In this document: positions 1-8,454 of the stretch, in pieces
Layout: the number at the start of each line of letters is the position of its first letter
How positions within the stretch are numbered: the stretch's first letter is position 1
IMG/VR virus record: IMGVR_UViG_3300031454_000017
Span: 1-26,856 of that record
Strand: one strand, 5' to 3'
DNA from: a virus
Lineage: Duplodnaviria; Caudoviricetes
DNA length: 26,856 bases
Notes under the pieces: generated by a model
Told to the model about the DNA's origin: nothing
Seen by the model: only the letters and a program-made list of their open reading frames with translations
The model's database searches: none
Position numbers and translations under genes: made by a program

Positions 1-30
1 ACGTCCGTTAATGCCGGTAATGGGGGGCAT
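1..30 (-). CDS. 5' end of next late gene, probably major tail tube protein (partial, runs off the left edge)
   Basis: ATG at 30 (MPPITGINGR...) with GGAG upstream; sits after the neck and tail-terminator genes. Confidence 0.4.
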   Translation of the reverse strand, partial: MPPITGINGR

Positions 31-89
31 AGATTAAAGCTCCAAAGGTGGGCTAAAGCGCCAAGCTTTAGAGTAGTCGGCTTCAGGGT

Positions 90-527
90 TTAACGAATTA
101 AAGGTATCCAGCAAGTTAACGTTTCTACCACTTCGCCAAATGCAGGCACGAAACGAGGGGGCTTTCCCAACCGGGTTGTCATCAAAGCAAACTCAGTTAG
201 TAGAGCCTCATAAGCTTGCGTAGTTGAACCAGTTCCCCAATTTTTGAGGACAACTTCGTGATACACCGCGCCCTTCATACCCCGGTCGGTCATCTCGTAC
301 GAAGCCTGAAAGATGGGGCTCGGATACGTGGCGAAGACTGCCTCGAGACCTTGTGGGACAATCGCCGGGTCCAGACCTTCGGAGACGAGTGCAGATGAGG
401 CGTGAACAGCCAGCCACGCCTTACGCAGCACCACACCGTCCTTCGTATAGCTACCCAGAAAAGGCTCGAGGGTAGCCTTGACCTGACGTGCAAGGGCAGC
501 GTCGGGGGTTATGGGGAGCGTGGTCAT
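90..527 (-). CDS. Putative tail terminator / tail completion protein
   Basis: Likely start ATG 527 (MTTLPIT...) overlaps the upstream stop as ATGA; size and position in the neck cluster. Confidence 0.55.
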   Translation of the reverse strand: MTTLPITPDAALARQVKATLEPFLGSYTKDGVVLRKAWLAVHASSALVSEGLDPAIVPQGLEAVFATYPSPIFQASYEMTDRGMKGAVYHEVVLKNWGTGSTTQAYEALLTEFALMTTRLGKPPRFVPAFGEVVETLTCWIPLIR

Positions 528-928
528 GGTAGCGCGCGGAAACGGCGGGCGAACATTCCCGGTAAAGCCTCTACCGGGCGATCTGTCCAAGGCCTCGGAA
601 TGATGACCGCTCCTGAGCGTAGGGCAGCACCATCGTGGTTTGCAGCGGCGTAAGGAACGCGCCAAGCGTGAAGGTACTGCGTCTTATCAGTGCGCTGCCG
701 GTCGTAGCTGTCCAGCAGATCGCCGCTGTCGATGATATTCCTAGGCGAGCCAGCCACGACCCCCTTTGAGCGTACCGTTTCACCAGGCCAGTTCCACACG
801 GGACTTGCTATCTCGAAATTAAAGGCTTCCTCGAGGTCAATTTCGTTAACTTCCTGGAAAGCCCGCTCCATTTTCTGTAGCAGAGCTTTGCGAGGGGCGG
901 CCATCGTGATCTTGAAATTTTTAGCCAT
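524..928 (-). CDS. HK97 gp10-like neck / tail completion protein
   Basis: RNIIDSGDLLDS, PYAAANHDGA and PRPW motifs typical of gp10-like proteins; synteny. Confidence 0.65.
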   Translation of the reverse strand: MAKNFKITMAAPRKALLQKMERAFQEVNEIDLEEAFNFEIASPVWNWPGETVRSKGVVAGSPRNIIDSGDLLDSYDRQRTDKTQYLHAWRVPYAAANHDGAALRSGAVIIPRPWTDRPVEALPGMFARRFRALP

Positions 929-930
929 TC

Positions 931-1296
931 CTACCCCCTCGCGGCGATATTAATTCGCCTGCCCAACTCTTCGTCCAACCCGGGTATAGGCGACGGTGCC
1001 AGCACCACGAGCGCGCCGGTCTGTGTACGCCCGTCCATTTCAAATGAGACGACCGTGCCCGTGACGAGATTCGTGGGCGGCACGCTCGGTTCGGTCAGGC
1101 GGCCCTCATAGGCCACGAGCACCACGTCAGCGCCGACAAGTGCCTGCCGCTGAGTCTTAGGCGACTTTAGGTAAGCCTTAACGGTGGCGTCGGTGTTCCC
1201 CTGAACGACGTTGCCAAACTCGTCTTCGGTAGCAACGCCACCTGTGACTTTATAGCGCAAAATGATCTCGGTGAATGAACCTGAGAAGGCGGTCAC
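931..1296 (-). CDS. Head-closure / head-tail connector protein
   Basis: EDEFGN motif near the N-terminus; beta-rich 121 aa; synteny. Confidence 0.6.
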   Translation of the reverse strand: MTAFSGSFTEIILRYKVTGGVATEDEFGNVVQGNTDATVKAYLKSPKTQRQALVGADVVLVAYEGRLTEPSVPPTNLVTGTVVSFEMDGRTQTGALVVLAPSPIPGLDEELGRRINIAARG

Positions 1297-1346
1297 GTCA
1301 GCAGTTCCTTTCTACGGGCGAAGGGTTGAAGATAAAGACCACCTCC

Positions 1347-1727
1347 TTAAAAAATAACCACCGTCGGGACTGAGCCGCTAAAAGCCCGAGTTTGCCTGCC
1401 CAGGGACGGCAACGCAAGGTTAGGCGGCACAATAAGCCCGAGCGTGGCATCTTGTGACGCCTGATCTTCGGCCAGAGCAGCCAGGGCATGGTCAAGGTCG
1501 CGGAACTTTGCGCCTTCCCCGGACTCGAGCCAGCGCGGATTAGCTTTAAGCGCCCGCATAGCTGCAAAGTAGGGACGGTAATACCACTTACCTACACCGT
1601 CGGCGCACTGCGTTTCATACAGCCGACGGGTAAGCGCATCATCCCCACCCTTTGTGACGTACTCTCGGATGACCTCGAGGGCAATACCCTCGTCACTGTA
1701 ATCAGGGAAATCCGGTGGCAATGGCAT
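1347..1727 (-). CDS. Putative head-tail adaptor protein
   Basis: GGAGG RBS; 126 aa; position downstream of the capsid gene. Confidence 0.5.
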   Translation of the reverse strand: MPLPPDFPDYSDEGIALEVIREYVTKGGDDALTRRLYETQCADGVGKWYYRPYFAAMRALKANPRWLESGEGAKFRDLDHALAALAEDQASQDATLGLIVPPNLALPSLGRQTRAFSGSVPTVVIF

Positions 1728-1737
1728 TTAGCCCTCC

Positions 1738-1962
1738 CTAGAGCGCCAGGATGTCGGTCGCAGTGACCTTGCCGATCTCCGGCAGCTTCATAAGACCCTC
1801 TAGCCCGAGTGCTTTGGCCTCTGCCGGGTTAGTAATGCCCGCGTCTTTAAGCGACTTCTGCACGGGCTCGGCGAGGGAGGCGAAGGGGCCGGAGGGTTCA
1901 CCGACGGGGTTGCCGTTAGGATCCACAAGTTCACCGTTAACCATAAAAACAACTTGACTCAT
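1738..1962 (-). CDS. Small helix-hairpin-helix domain virion-cluster protein
   Basis: LMKLPEIGKVTA HhH motif; ATGA coupling to the capsid stop. Confidence 0.6.
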   Translation of the reverse strand: MSQVVFMVNGELVDPNGNPVGEPSGPFASLAEPVQKSLKDAGITNPAEAKALGLEGLMKLPEIGKVTATDILAL

Positions 1963-3050
1963 AGACTGCCCTCATCATCGTCATACTCGCGGAAAGTAGG
2001 CGCAGTGTAGACGCTACCACCCGTGTAAAGAATCGCGGCGGCGTAGCGCTCCGAAGCGCCGAAACCGAAGTAGGATTGAAACGCCGATGCTTGCAAAGGC
2101 GCGGCTACGTTCTCGTTAGCTAGGAACAACCCGCGTAAGCCAGCCATCCTATGAAGTCGCCTCTTCAGTGGCCTAGGCGCGTTCAGGTTGATAGCAATCG
2201 CGTACTTAAACGGTATCCAGGGCTTCGTATGGACAACTGCGCCATTGGGCAGCACACCGATAGGACGGTCATCCGTTTGTGAAATGTCAAGCGAGCCAAC
2301 ACCGATAGGCCCGGTTTGTAACGGAATAATGTTACCCGGCAGATACGGCGCGAATCCCGGCAGGGACTTCCACGCCGCCTCGTCATCGGTGCTGATGTAG
2401 ACGACGACACGGTTACCTTCGTAGTGCTCCGTGACAGTACGGACCACTTCGGTAGCTTCAGTAATACTTAGGGCCGCAGCAGCCAAGTAGTGATTATGTG
2501 AGCCCGAAAAGCGTTTGCCGGTGCTCGTCGTCGGCGGCACCTCACCATCACCATTAGCCATCGCCTTAACGTCTACAGGCATCTTGTCGGGTGTGACGTA
2601 ATCGTAAAAGGTGAAGTTAGTCGGCTTGAAAAACGCCTTCATAATGCCTTCGCGCAAAGCACCTATGTAAGCGCCACGGGCGTCCAGAGTAGTCCGCGCA
2701 ACATCCGCAGGTGTCGCCATACGAAGATACATGGCTGTCCAACCTACGGCGTGCTCAAGTGCCTCGAGCGGGAAGCCGCGCTTAGCAGCTGCCCTAGGCG
2801 TCTGCTGAGTGCGTGACCGTGCATAGTCGGGATCGATTCGTACCATGCGGCCAACGCCGCCTGTAGGCGCACCCTCTTCGCGTTCAATTGTGTCAACCGC
2901 AAACAAGGCGGTGGCTTCATTCACAACCGCGTTGACCGCATTTAGTTCGGTAGTGATGACCTGCGCTAAACGGTCGTAACCAAAGATCTCGGCAGGCTGA
3001 TCGTCAATCCCGAGCAGATCATTAAGATCATAGGTTCCTGTCTGCGCCAT
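1959..3050 (-). CDS. Major capsid protein (HK97 fold inferred)
   Basis: 363 aa; follows scaffold and decoration genes; C-terminal YFGFG...AAILY pattern. Confidence 0.75.
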   Translation of the reverse strand: MAQTGTYDLNDLLGIDDQPAEIFGYDRLAQVITTELNAVNAVVNEATALFAVDTIEREEGAPTGGVGRMVRIDPDYARSRTQQTPRAAAKRGFPLEALEHAVGWTAMYLRMATPADVARTTLDARGAYIGALREGIMKAFFKPTNFTFYDYVTPDKMPVDVKAMANGDGEVPPTTSTGKRFSGSHNHYLAAAALSITEATEVVRTVTEHYEGNRVVVYISTDDEAAWKSLPGFAPYLPGNIIPLQTGPIGVGSLDISQTDDRPIGVLPNGAVVHTKPWIPFKYAIAINLNAPRPLKRRLHRMAGLRGLFLANENVAAPLQASAFQSYFGFGASERYAAAILYTGGSVYTAPTFREYDDDEGSL

Positions 3051-3433
3051 TAGCCCACCGTCCCGACGCGGATGATCTCAAGGTCATGACGGCTCACGGC
3101 CCGCGCAATAGGCTGACCCGTGCCGGTATCAGCGAAAAGGCCCGGTGTAGCACTCGCGTAGTAAGACTTCGTTGGGTCTAATTCAGCGTCGGTCACATGA
3201 AACCGGCAGTGCTCACCGAACGCTGTGCATGGTTGACCTGCGCGCATCTTCTTAGGCGCAATGCCGTCGAAACGGCCCGTCGCACCCGATCTGTAAAGCT
3301 TCCATCCTGTACCGATACGCAGAGCCATTCCAGCCTCCACGTCCTCAGCGAGAATGAGCCCCGTAATCTGCTGCGCGTACATTGTCGTACGCGCATCTAC
3401 CGAGGCGGTAGGGCTTAAAACTACATCTGGCAT
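3050..3433 (-). CDS. Head decoration / capsid cement protein
   Basis: 127 aa between scaffold and capsid; AEDVEAGMALRI pattern; AGGAG RBS. Confidence 0.6.
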   Translation of the reverse strand: MPDVVLSPTASVDARTTMYAQQITGLILAEDVEAGMALRIGTGWKLYRSGATGRFDGIAPKKMRAGQPCTAFGEHCRFHVTDAELDPTKSYYASATPGLFADTGTGQPIARAVSRHDLEIIRVGTVG

Positions 3434-3441
3434 AATTCTCC

Positions 3442-4065
3442 TTAGATTGAAACCTCTCTACGAAGTTCCTCTTTGCGTTGCTCTTCTGTCTTGACCGGAG
3501 CCGGTGGGCGCTTACCTGCTTGCGGCATTGCAGCAGGGCGGGTATTCGGGTCGAGCCTCGCTACATTCACGAGGTCGCTGATACCCTCCGCCTCTGCCCA
3601 CTCGTCAAGCGCTATATCTTTGTCGTCAACGGTGATGCTGACTTTAAGATTGTCGCCCTCACCCTCGACCTTGAGCGCGTTGCTACCAATAAGCCGCCCT
3701 AGTTTCTTGGGGTCGTACTTGGCTTTGCGTATGTTCGTCTCACGGTCCGCCTGAGCTTTCTCCGTCTCAAGGGTGCTAACCCGCTCCAAAGCAGCCTTAA
3801 CCTCGTCTACCTTGCCTAGCGCGGTATAAGCCTGCCACCGTTCAGCGTCGGCCTTAGTGAGCGTCACGCTCTCATTCGCCGGGACTTTTGTCCTGAGGTC
3901 GTCACGTTCGGTCTCGGCTTCACCAGCGCGCGTCTTAGCTTTGGATAAGTCGGTCTCGAGCCGCTCTTTATGACCGCGTAGGGTGTTCACTTCAGCCTCG
4001 AGCGGGCCTACTTTGCCTTTAAGGGTACCGAGCTGTTCAAGGGCTTCTTCAATTGATATAGGCAT
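3442..4065 (-). CDS. Capsid scaffolding protein
   Basis: Charged coiled-coil sequence with Pro-rich C-terminus; start ATG 4065 with AAGGAG RBS at 4071-4076. Confidence 0.7.
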   Translation of the reverse strand: MPISIEEALEQLGTLKGKVGPLEAEVNTLRGHKERLETDLSKAKTRAGEAETERDDLRTKVPANESVTLTKADAERWQAYTALGKVDEVKAALERVSTLETEKAQADRETNIRKAKYDPKKLGRLIGSNALKVEGEGDNLKVSITVDDKDIALDEWAEAEGISDLVNVARLDPNTRPAAMPQAGKRPPAPVKTEEQRKEELRREVSI

Positions 4066-4076
4066 GTCATCTCCTT

Positions 4077-4151
4077 GCGTCACAGACGCCGTGCTCATCC
4101 CACAGGGATTAGGGTTTAGGGTTAAGTCGACTTACACCGTTCACAGAACGG
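4077..4151 (-). promoter_or_regulatory. Structured 5' leader of the scaffold gene (three C-UGU-G hairpins, one palindrome, AACCCT-like tandem repeats)
   Basis: Perfect inverted repeats at 4077-4089, 4097-4109 and 4137-4151; palindrome TAAGTCGACTTA at 4123-4134. Confidence 0.6.
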
Positions 4152-4166
4152 ATGCGATACAACACG

Positions 4167-4192
4167 AAAAAAGCCGCCTGGTTAGGGCGGCT
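4167..4192 (-). terminator. Rho-independent terminator after the portal-associated genes
   Basis: Minus strand GCCGCC-ctaacca-GGCGGC followed by T6. Confidence 0.75.
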
Positions 4193-4218
4193 AGGTAAAG
4201 CTAGGTTTTACTTCATAC

Positions 4219-4437
4219 TTAGGCGTCCTCCCACCCCTCAGTAAACTCTTGCGCTAAAACCATCAGCGCGTCATAAGCTTCAGGAGAAATAGCCTTTAGG
4301 TCTATCAACAGGTCAACGACCACGAGGTCCAGATACTTTTCGTCATCGCGCACGACGGCGGCAAAACTTTCATCCGGTTCACCCTCGTCATGGCCTACGC
4401 TAATCTGAAAACGATTTGCAAAACCTTCATCGCTCAC
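4219..4437 (-). CDS. Small acidic hypothetical protein
   Basis: 72 aa, D/E-rich; GTGA coupling to the upstream gene. Confidence 0.6.
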   Translation of the reverse strand: MSDEGFANRFQISVGHDEGEPDESFAAVVRDDEKYLDLVVVDLLIDLKAISPEAYDALMVLAQEFTEGWEDA

Positions 4438-4883
4438 GGTGTCGTCACCTTCTTTTTCACGGGCTTCAGGTCGCTCACAAGTTTTAGGCTTTCTCTTGGC
4501 AGGTTGACGAGCAGACGCTCGACGTTGACTAGGGTCTGCTCACAGGCGAAAGCCCACAAGCGGTTCTCTTGCCCCGCTTCAGGCGTGTCGTTAACGATGT
4601 GCTGTGTCATCGCGTCTCGGTAGAGGTCAAATGGCGTCAGATGCAGGTGTAGCAACTCATGGCGTAAGCTTTTTAGCACTTCGCGTTCATCGTCGTGCAT
4701 CTCAGGGTCAATAATTATAGAGGCCACGAAATAGTCGCCGCCTGAGCGGTCACACATCGCAATCCAGTTGTCCCTGCCCGTTTTTGTGTAGTTAATTCCA
4801 ATACGCCAATGAGCTAGGCAAAGCGCGTCTACCATAGGCCTGATGTTCGCCTCTACAATGGCTTTCACTTCGTTTGAGTCCAT
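4434..4883 (-). CDS. HExxH zinc metallopeptidase-like protein
   Basis: SLRHELLHLH motif with a downstream Glu (ACEQ); TAATG coupling to the portal stop. Confidence 0.6.
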   Translation of the reverse strand: MDSNEVKAIVEANIRPMVDALCLAHWRIGINYTKTGRDNWIAMCDRSGGDYFVASIIIDPEMHDDEREVLKSLRHELLHLHLTPFDLYRDAMTQHIVNDTPEAGQENRLWAFACEQTLVNVERLLVNLPRESLKLVSDLKPVKKKVTTP

Positions 4884-6478
4884 TAAGTCGCCACCACCTC
4901 AACGATCTCTTGCGGTTGCCTGAGTGCAAATAGCTTCTGCTGTCTCTTAAACTTCGCCTCGGCCTCAGCCTGCACAAGCACAAGCGCAGCCGCAGTGTCT
5001 TGTATCCCGACTCGCCTCATGGCTTCCTCTTGAGTAAGCAGACCAGCTTCATGAAGCTCTATGCTCATCTGCTGCTCGTCAGGTGTCGGGTCAGCAGCCC
5101 ATAGCGTTACCTTCGCGTCGACCTCGGTAGCGGCGTAGGCGGCGTTACTGCCGTCAAGATGAGCCGCCAGCATCAGGGCCGTCTTGAGAAGCCACGCTAC
5201 CGCGAGCTTTACCTGCGTCTCGGTGGGTGTCAAGCTCGCTACGAAGTCCTGTACCGCTTGCTTGCGACTCACACCGCTACTCGTGGCGTCGCCCAGGATA
5301 AGGCGGTGCTGCTGATTCGTCAGCTCGAGGATAGCCTCACGATGAGCTTTAATGTTTGCCAGCAGAGGCTCGGTGCTGCTCAGTTCACGAAACTGAATGC
5401 TCGGGTTTGTATAGGTGCCGTCCGGTAACGGAATGCCGCCGATGTAACCCGTCTGCCCAGCTCCAGTGACGTAGGGCGCGCGAACGTAAACCTGCTTAAC
5501 GCCCTCTTTCGTCGTGCGCTCTCGTAGTCCTTCAGTATCCGGGTGTGAAGCGGCATCGACCCACGCACCAGGCGGCATCCCGTTGAGAATGACGCGCTCT
5601 AAGAATGCACTCGCCGATGAATGGCGGTTAAGGTACGTCCACTGCGTATTTAGGCCGTCCTGCTGGCTAATAACGTCCTCGGTGATGAGCGGCCTACGTG
5701 AGCACTCGAATATCGTGAGGTTGCCGTCAAGCGGGTACGAGACTTCGGAGATGATGGTGTTGTGGTCGTGCCCGCCACGAATCTGTATGACGGTCTCACC
5801 CGTAGCCGTCTGCACGCCATCTTCGCGCTCCCACTCCTGAGCGGAAAAGGTCGTGTCGAGGGCGACTAGCTCCAGTCTCGCTTCCTCTTGCTTCGTATCC
5901 GGGTTCAAGACGCTGTAGGCGTACCAGCCCGCAATCTGCTCACCGTCGTCGTCACGTATCATGCCTGCCGTACCGGGCTTCGGATGGTAGAGGCGCACGG
6001 CGTCTTCTAAGACCGGCCCGAGCCCATTCACTAGCGTCTGTCCGCGCTCGTTGAGAGCCTTTGCGGGCACACTAAAGCGTAGTATCGAGGCTGTCTCGTC
6101 ATCCTCACGAGTAGCCCACAGAAGCGTCCTGCAAGCGTCCTGTAAGGTCTCTTGCACGCGCAGCCGGTAGTACCAATCGGTTAGGGCTTGTGACGCTTCG
6201 GTGTTCTCAGGCTTGAGCTGCCAATCTATTTCACGGCCTACCACAGCGTTCACATGGGTTGTCAGTACCGACGCCAGCAGGTTATGCACAAGATAGTTTT
6301 GCTTGATGCGCTCAAGACTATTCGTGTAATCCGGATCGGCAGTATCAAGGCGCGGTCCGGTCCAGTGTTCAGCATCCTCACCAAACATCCCGACTTTCGT
6401 GCCTAAGAAGTAAAGATGTAGTGCTCGGAGGCGCACCTCGTCGGTGGTGCGCTTAGTTAAGTAGTCGGTAAGTTTCAA
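4883..6478 (-). CDS. Portal protein
   Basis: About 531 aa directly after terL; SSGVS motif; C-terminal GLLTQEEAMRRVG; likely TTG start at 6478 after AGGAGG. Confidence 0.8.
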   Translation of the reverse strand: MKLTDYLTKRTTDEVRLRALHLYFLGTKVGMFGEDAEHWTGPRLDTADPDYTNSLERIKQNYLVHNLLASVLTTHVNAVVGREIDWQLKPENTEASQALTDWYYRLRVQETLQDACRTLLWATREDDETASILRFSVPAKALNERGQTLVNGLGPVLEDAVRLYHPKPGTAGMIRDDDGEQIAGWYAYSVLNPDTKQEEARLELVALDTTFSAQEWEREDGVQTATGETVIQIRGGHDHNTIISEVSYPLDGNLTIFECSRRPLITEDVISQQDGLNTQWTYLNRHSSASAFLERVILNGMPPGAWVDAASHPDTEGLRERTTKEGVKQVYVRAPYVTGAGQTGYIGGIPLPDGTYTNPSIQFRELSSTEPLLANIKAHREAILELTNQQHRLILGDATSSGVSRKQAVQDFVASLTPTETQVKLAVAWLLKTALMLAAHLDGSNAAYAATEVDAKVTLWAADPTPDEQQMSIELHEAGLLTQEEAMRRVGIQDTAAALVLVQAEAEAKFKRQQKLFALRQPQEIVEVVAT

Positions 6479-6487
6479 GCGCACCTC

Positions 6488-7780
6488 CTAAAAATTACTA
6501 AACGAGAAGCTCATGGGTTCAGACTCTTGAAGTTCAGGCTCGAGCATCAGCTCAGCCCACAGCCCAGTTGCGGCGTCCACAATGTCATCGTGCGGATCAC
6601 CTAGGCCAGTAAAGCCAAGCACCTCAGCAAGTACAGGCTCGAGCCACGGTTTATCTTTAGGTAGCAACACCCGCCCGGTATTCCAGCCTGCCGCAAAGGG
6701 TTGAGCGCGGGTGAACTTGTCGCCCGTCGCATTAAGCCGGTTGACTGTGACGCCTTCGCGGGCTAGAAACTGCTCGATGGCCTTTTCGGTGCCGGACATG
6801 TAAGAGGTGACGCGGCTGACACCCTTTGACTTGAGCAGCGCCAGAAACGCCGGGACTTCAGCCTGTACCCTGATAACGTCGGTGATATAAAGTTTGTCAC
6901 CGTAAGCACGGCCTTGAACAGCCACGGAGTAGTCAGCGTAACTTTTACTCGTGTACGCCCAGTCAACGCCCCACGCCTCACGGTAGCCGCCCTCGGGCAG
7001 GGCGTCGTAGTAGTAAGCATCAGAAAATACCGCGCCGCCGCGAGGACGTGGCTGACCCTGATACATCGCGGCGAAATCGTACTCACCTACCCGCGCTTTC
7101 TGCTCGAGCAGCCATTCAAGCGGCCTCGCCTCGGGCCAGAGCGCCTCGTCAGCGTCATTTATGGCGGGTAGGTTGATATTGTCCCAACCTTGCTTGATGA
7201 GACGACCCGATAAGTCCTCCGGATGCCAACGGGTAGCCACTACGATTACAGACGCGCCCGGATGCACGCGGGTCAGGGCCCCAGACGTAAACCACTCCCA
7301 GGTACGCTCCCGCCATAGCGCGCTCTCAGCCTCTTGTCTATTTTTTACCGGGTCGTCCACAACCATGAGCCCGTCCACGGCCGAACCTGTGAGCGGACCA
7401 CCAACGCCCGTAAACATGAGGCCGCCACCCTCAGAGGTGCGCCACCTGTCCAGAGACTCGGCCTCAAGCGTTAAGCCGGTGCGCTCGGCGGCAGCACGGG
7501 CAATATAGCTTTGGTCGCGGGCGAACTGTTGCGCGTAAGTGATGTAAGCGTGGCGTTTAGTAGGGTCGGCTAAAAGCAGCCACACGAGGGCGGCTAAAAG
7601 CGATCTGCTTTTGCCGTGCTGTGGCGGGGTACTCAGGACAGCCCGGATGCTCTCTGTCTTGGTGCGCTCAAGTAGCTCGAGGAGCGGCGCTAGGTGCTCG
7701 GGGCGGGCGAAACCAGGATAAGCGGCAGGAATAAAGTCGAGTAGAATTTGCTGAAACTCAGTTAAGCTCTCTACCCTCAC
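6488..7780 (-). CDS. terL: Terminase large subunit
   Basis: Walker A PPQHGKS, Walker B VVDDPVKN, ATRWH motif, nuclease GVDWA...DYS and HDDIVDA; start uncertain (GTG 7780 chosen, frame open to 7873). Confidence 0.92.
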   Translation of the reverse strand: MRVESLTEFQQILLDFIPAAYPGFARPEHLAPLLELLERTKTESIRAVLSTPPQHGKSRSLLAALVWLLLADPTKRHAYITYAQQFARDQSYIARAAAERTGLTLEAESLDRWRTSEGGGLMFTGVGGPLTGSAVDGLMVVDDPVKNRQEAESALWRERTWEWFTSGALTRVHPGASVIVVATRWHPEDLSGRLIKQGWDNINLPAINDADEALWPEARPLEWLLEQKARVGEYDFAAMYQGQPRPRGGAVFSDAYYYDALPEGGYREAWGVDWAYTSKSYADYSVAVQGRAYGDKLYITDVIRVQAEVPAFLALLKSKGVSRVTSYMSGTEKAIEQFLAREGVTVNRLNATGDKFTRAQPFAAGWNTGRVLLPKDKPWLEPVLAEVLGFTGLGDPHDDIVDAATGLWAELMLEPELQESEPMSFSFSNF

Positions 7781-8348
7781 CGCTTTCGTTAATGCGCTCT
7801 GCCACAAACCTTTCGACTTCTGCAAGCGCGGAGGGGCTAAGCGCGCCCCTAAGCTCTGTGAATAGTTGCTCAAGTTGCGCTTGCACCTCCATCTCTACTT
7901 TGAGTGTGTCGCGTTTGCCATACTCCAAAGGCATCCGGCGCTCGAGCCACCATGCCGCCGCCGTCCAGTTTGGAGGCGCTAAAGTAGTGGTGACTTTCTT
8001 TTCGACAAGCTCACCGGTTTTGGCAAACTTCTCGACAACCTGCGTCTCCACAGTCTGGCCGCCCATTCCGGCATCGTGGACAACTTTCACCTTATCTATT
8101 TCAGCCGTTGCCAGAGCTGTTTTTATAGCGTGAAAATACTGAACGTAGTCCCCTTCAGTTACTTTGGGTTTAGCATTAGGCTTTTGCTCGAGCCGCTCAG
8201 CTTCTAGCTCCCCACGCGTATACCAATTGCGGTGCGTTCGGTAGGTGATGCTGACAGAATCGCAGGCGGGGTCAAGCCTGTTCCCTGCCTCTATCAACTT
8301 GACTAGAGCGTCCCTCCTATCGTCAGTTAGCTTGCTAGGCTTTCCCAT
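7758..8348 (-). CDS. terS: Terminase small subunit
   Basis: GKPSKLT N-terminal HTH region, WTAAAWWLERR..EYG motif; immediately upstream of terL. Confidence 0.8.
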   Translation of the reverse strand: MGKPSKLTDDRRDALVKLIEAGNRLDPACDSVSITYRTHRNWYTRGELEAERLEQKPNAKPKVTEGDYVQYFHAIKTALATAEIDKVKVVHDAGMGGQTVETQVVEKFAKTGELVEKKVTTTLAPPNWTAAAWWLERRMPLEYGKRDTLKVEMEVQAQLEQLFTELRGALSPSALAEVERFVAERINESGEGRELN

Positions 8349-8365
8349 CTATCCCCCAAGACCAT

Positions 8366-8388
8366 AAAAAATGCGCCCCCATCGGCGC
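8366..8388 (-). terminator. Intrinsic terminator between the late promoter and terS (tR'-like)
   Basis: Minus strand GCGCC-gatggg-GGCGC-A-T6. Confidence 0.65.
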
Positions 8389-8425
8389 GGTTAGGTAAGT
8401 TGAGACATTAGTGTCGGATAAATCC

Positions 8426-8454
8426 ACTATAAAAGTACAGCGCGCGGTTGTCAA
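8426..8454 (-). promoter_or_regulatory. Sigma70-type late promoter (pR'-like)
   Basis: TTGACA (8454-8449), 17 bp spacer, TATAGT (8431-8426). Confidence 0.75.

Noticed and set aside
4104-4124. Eukaryotic telomere or G-quadruplex
   Set aside because: Only three G3 runs in imperfect units, internal to a phage leader.
8412-8428. DnaA-box-like sequence GGATAAATCCAC in the late promoter
   Set aside because: It is a degenerate match and is adequately explained as the promoter's start region.
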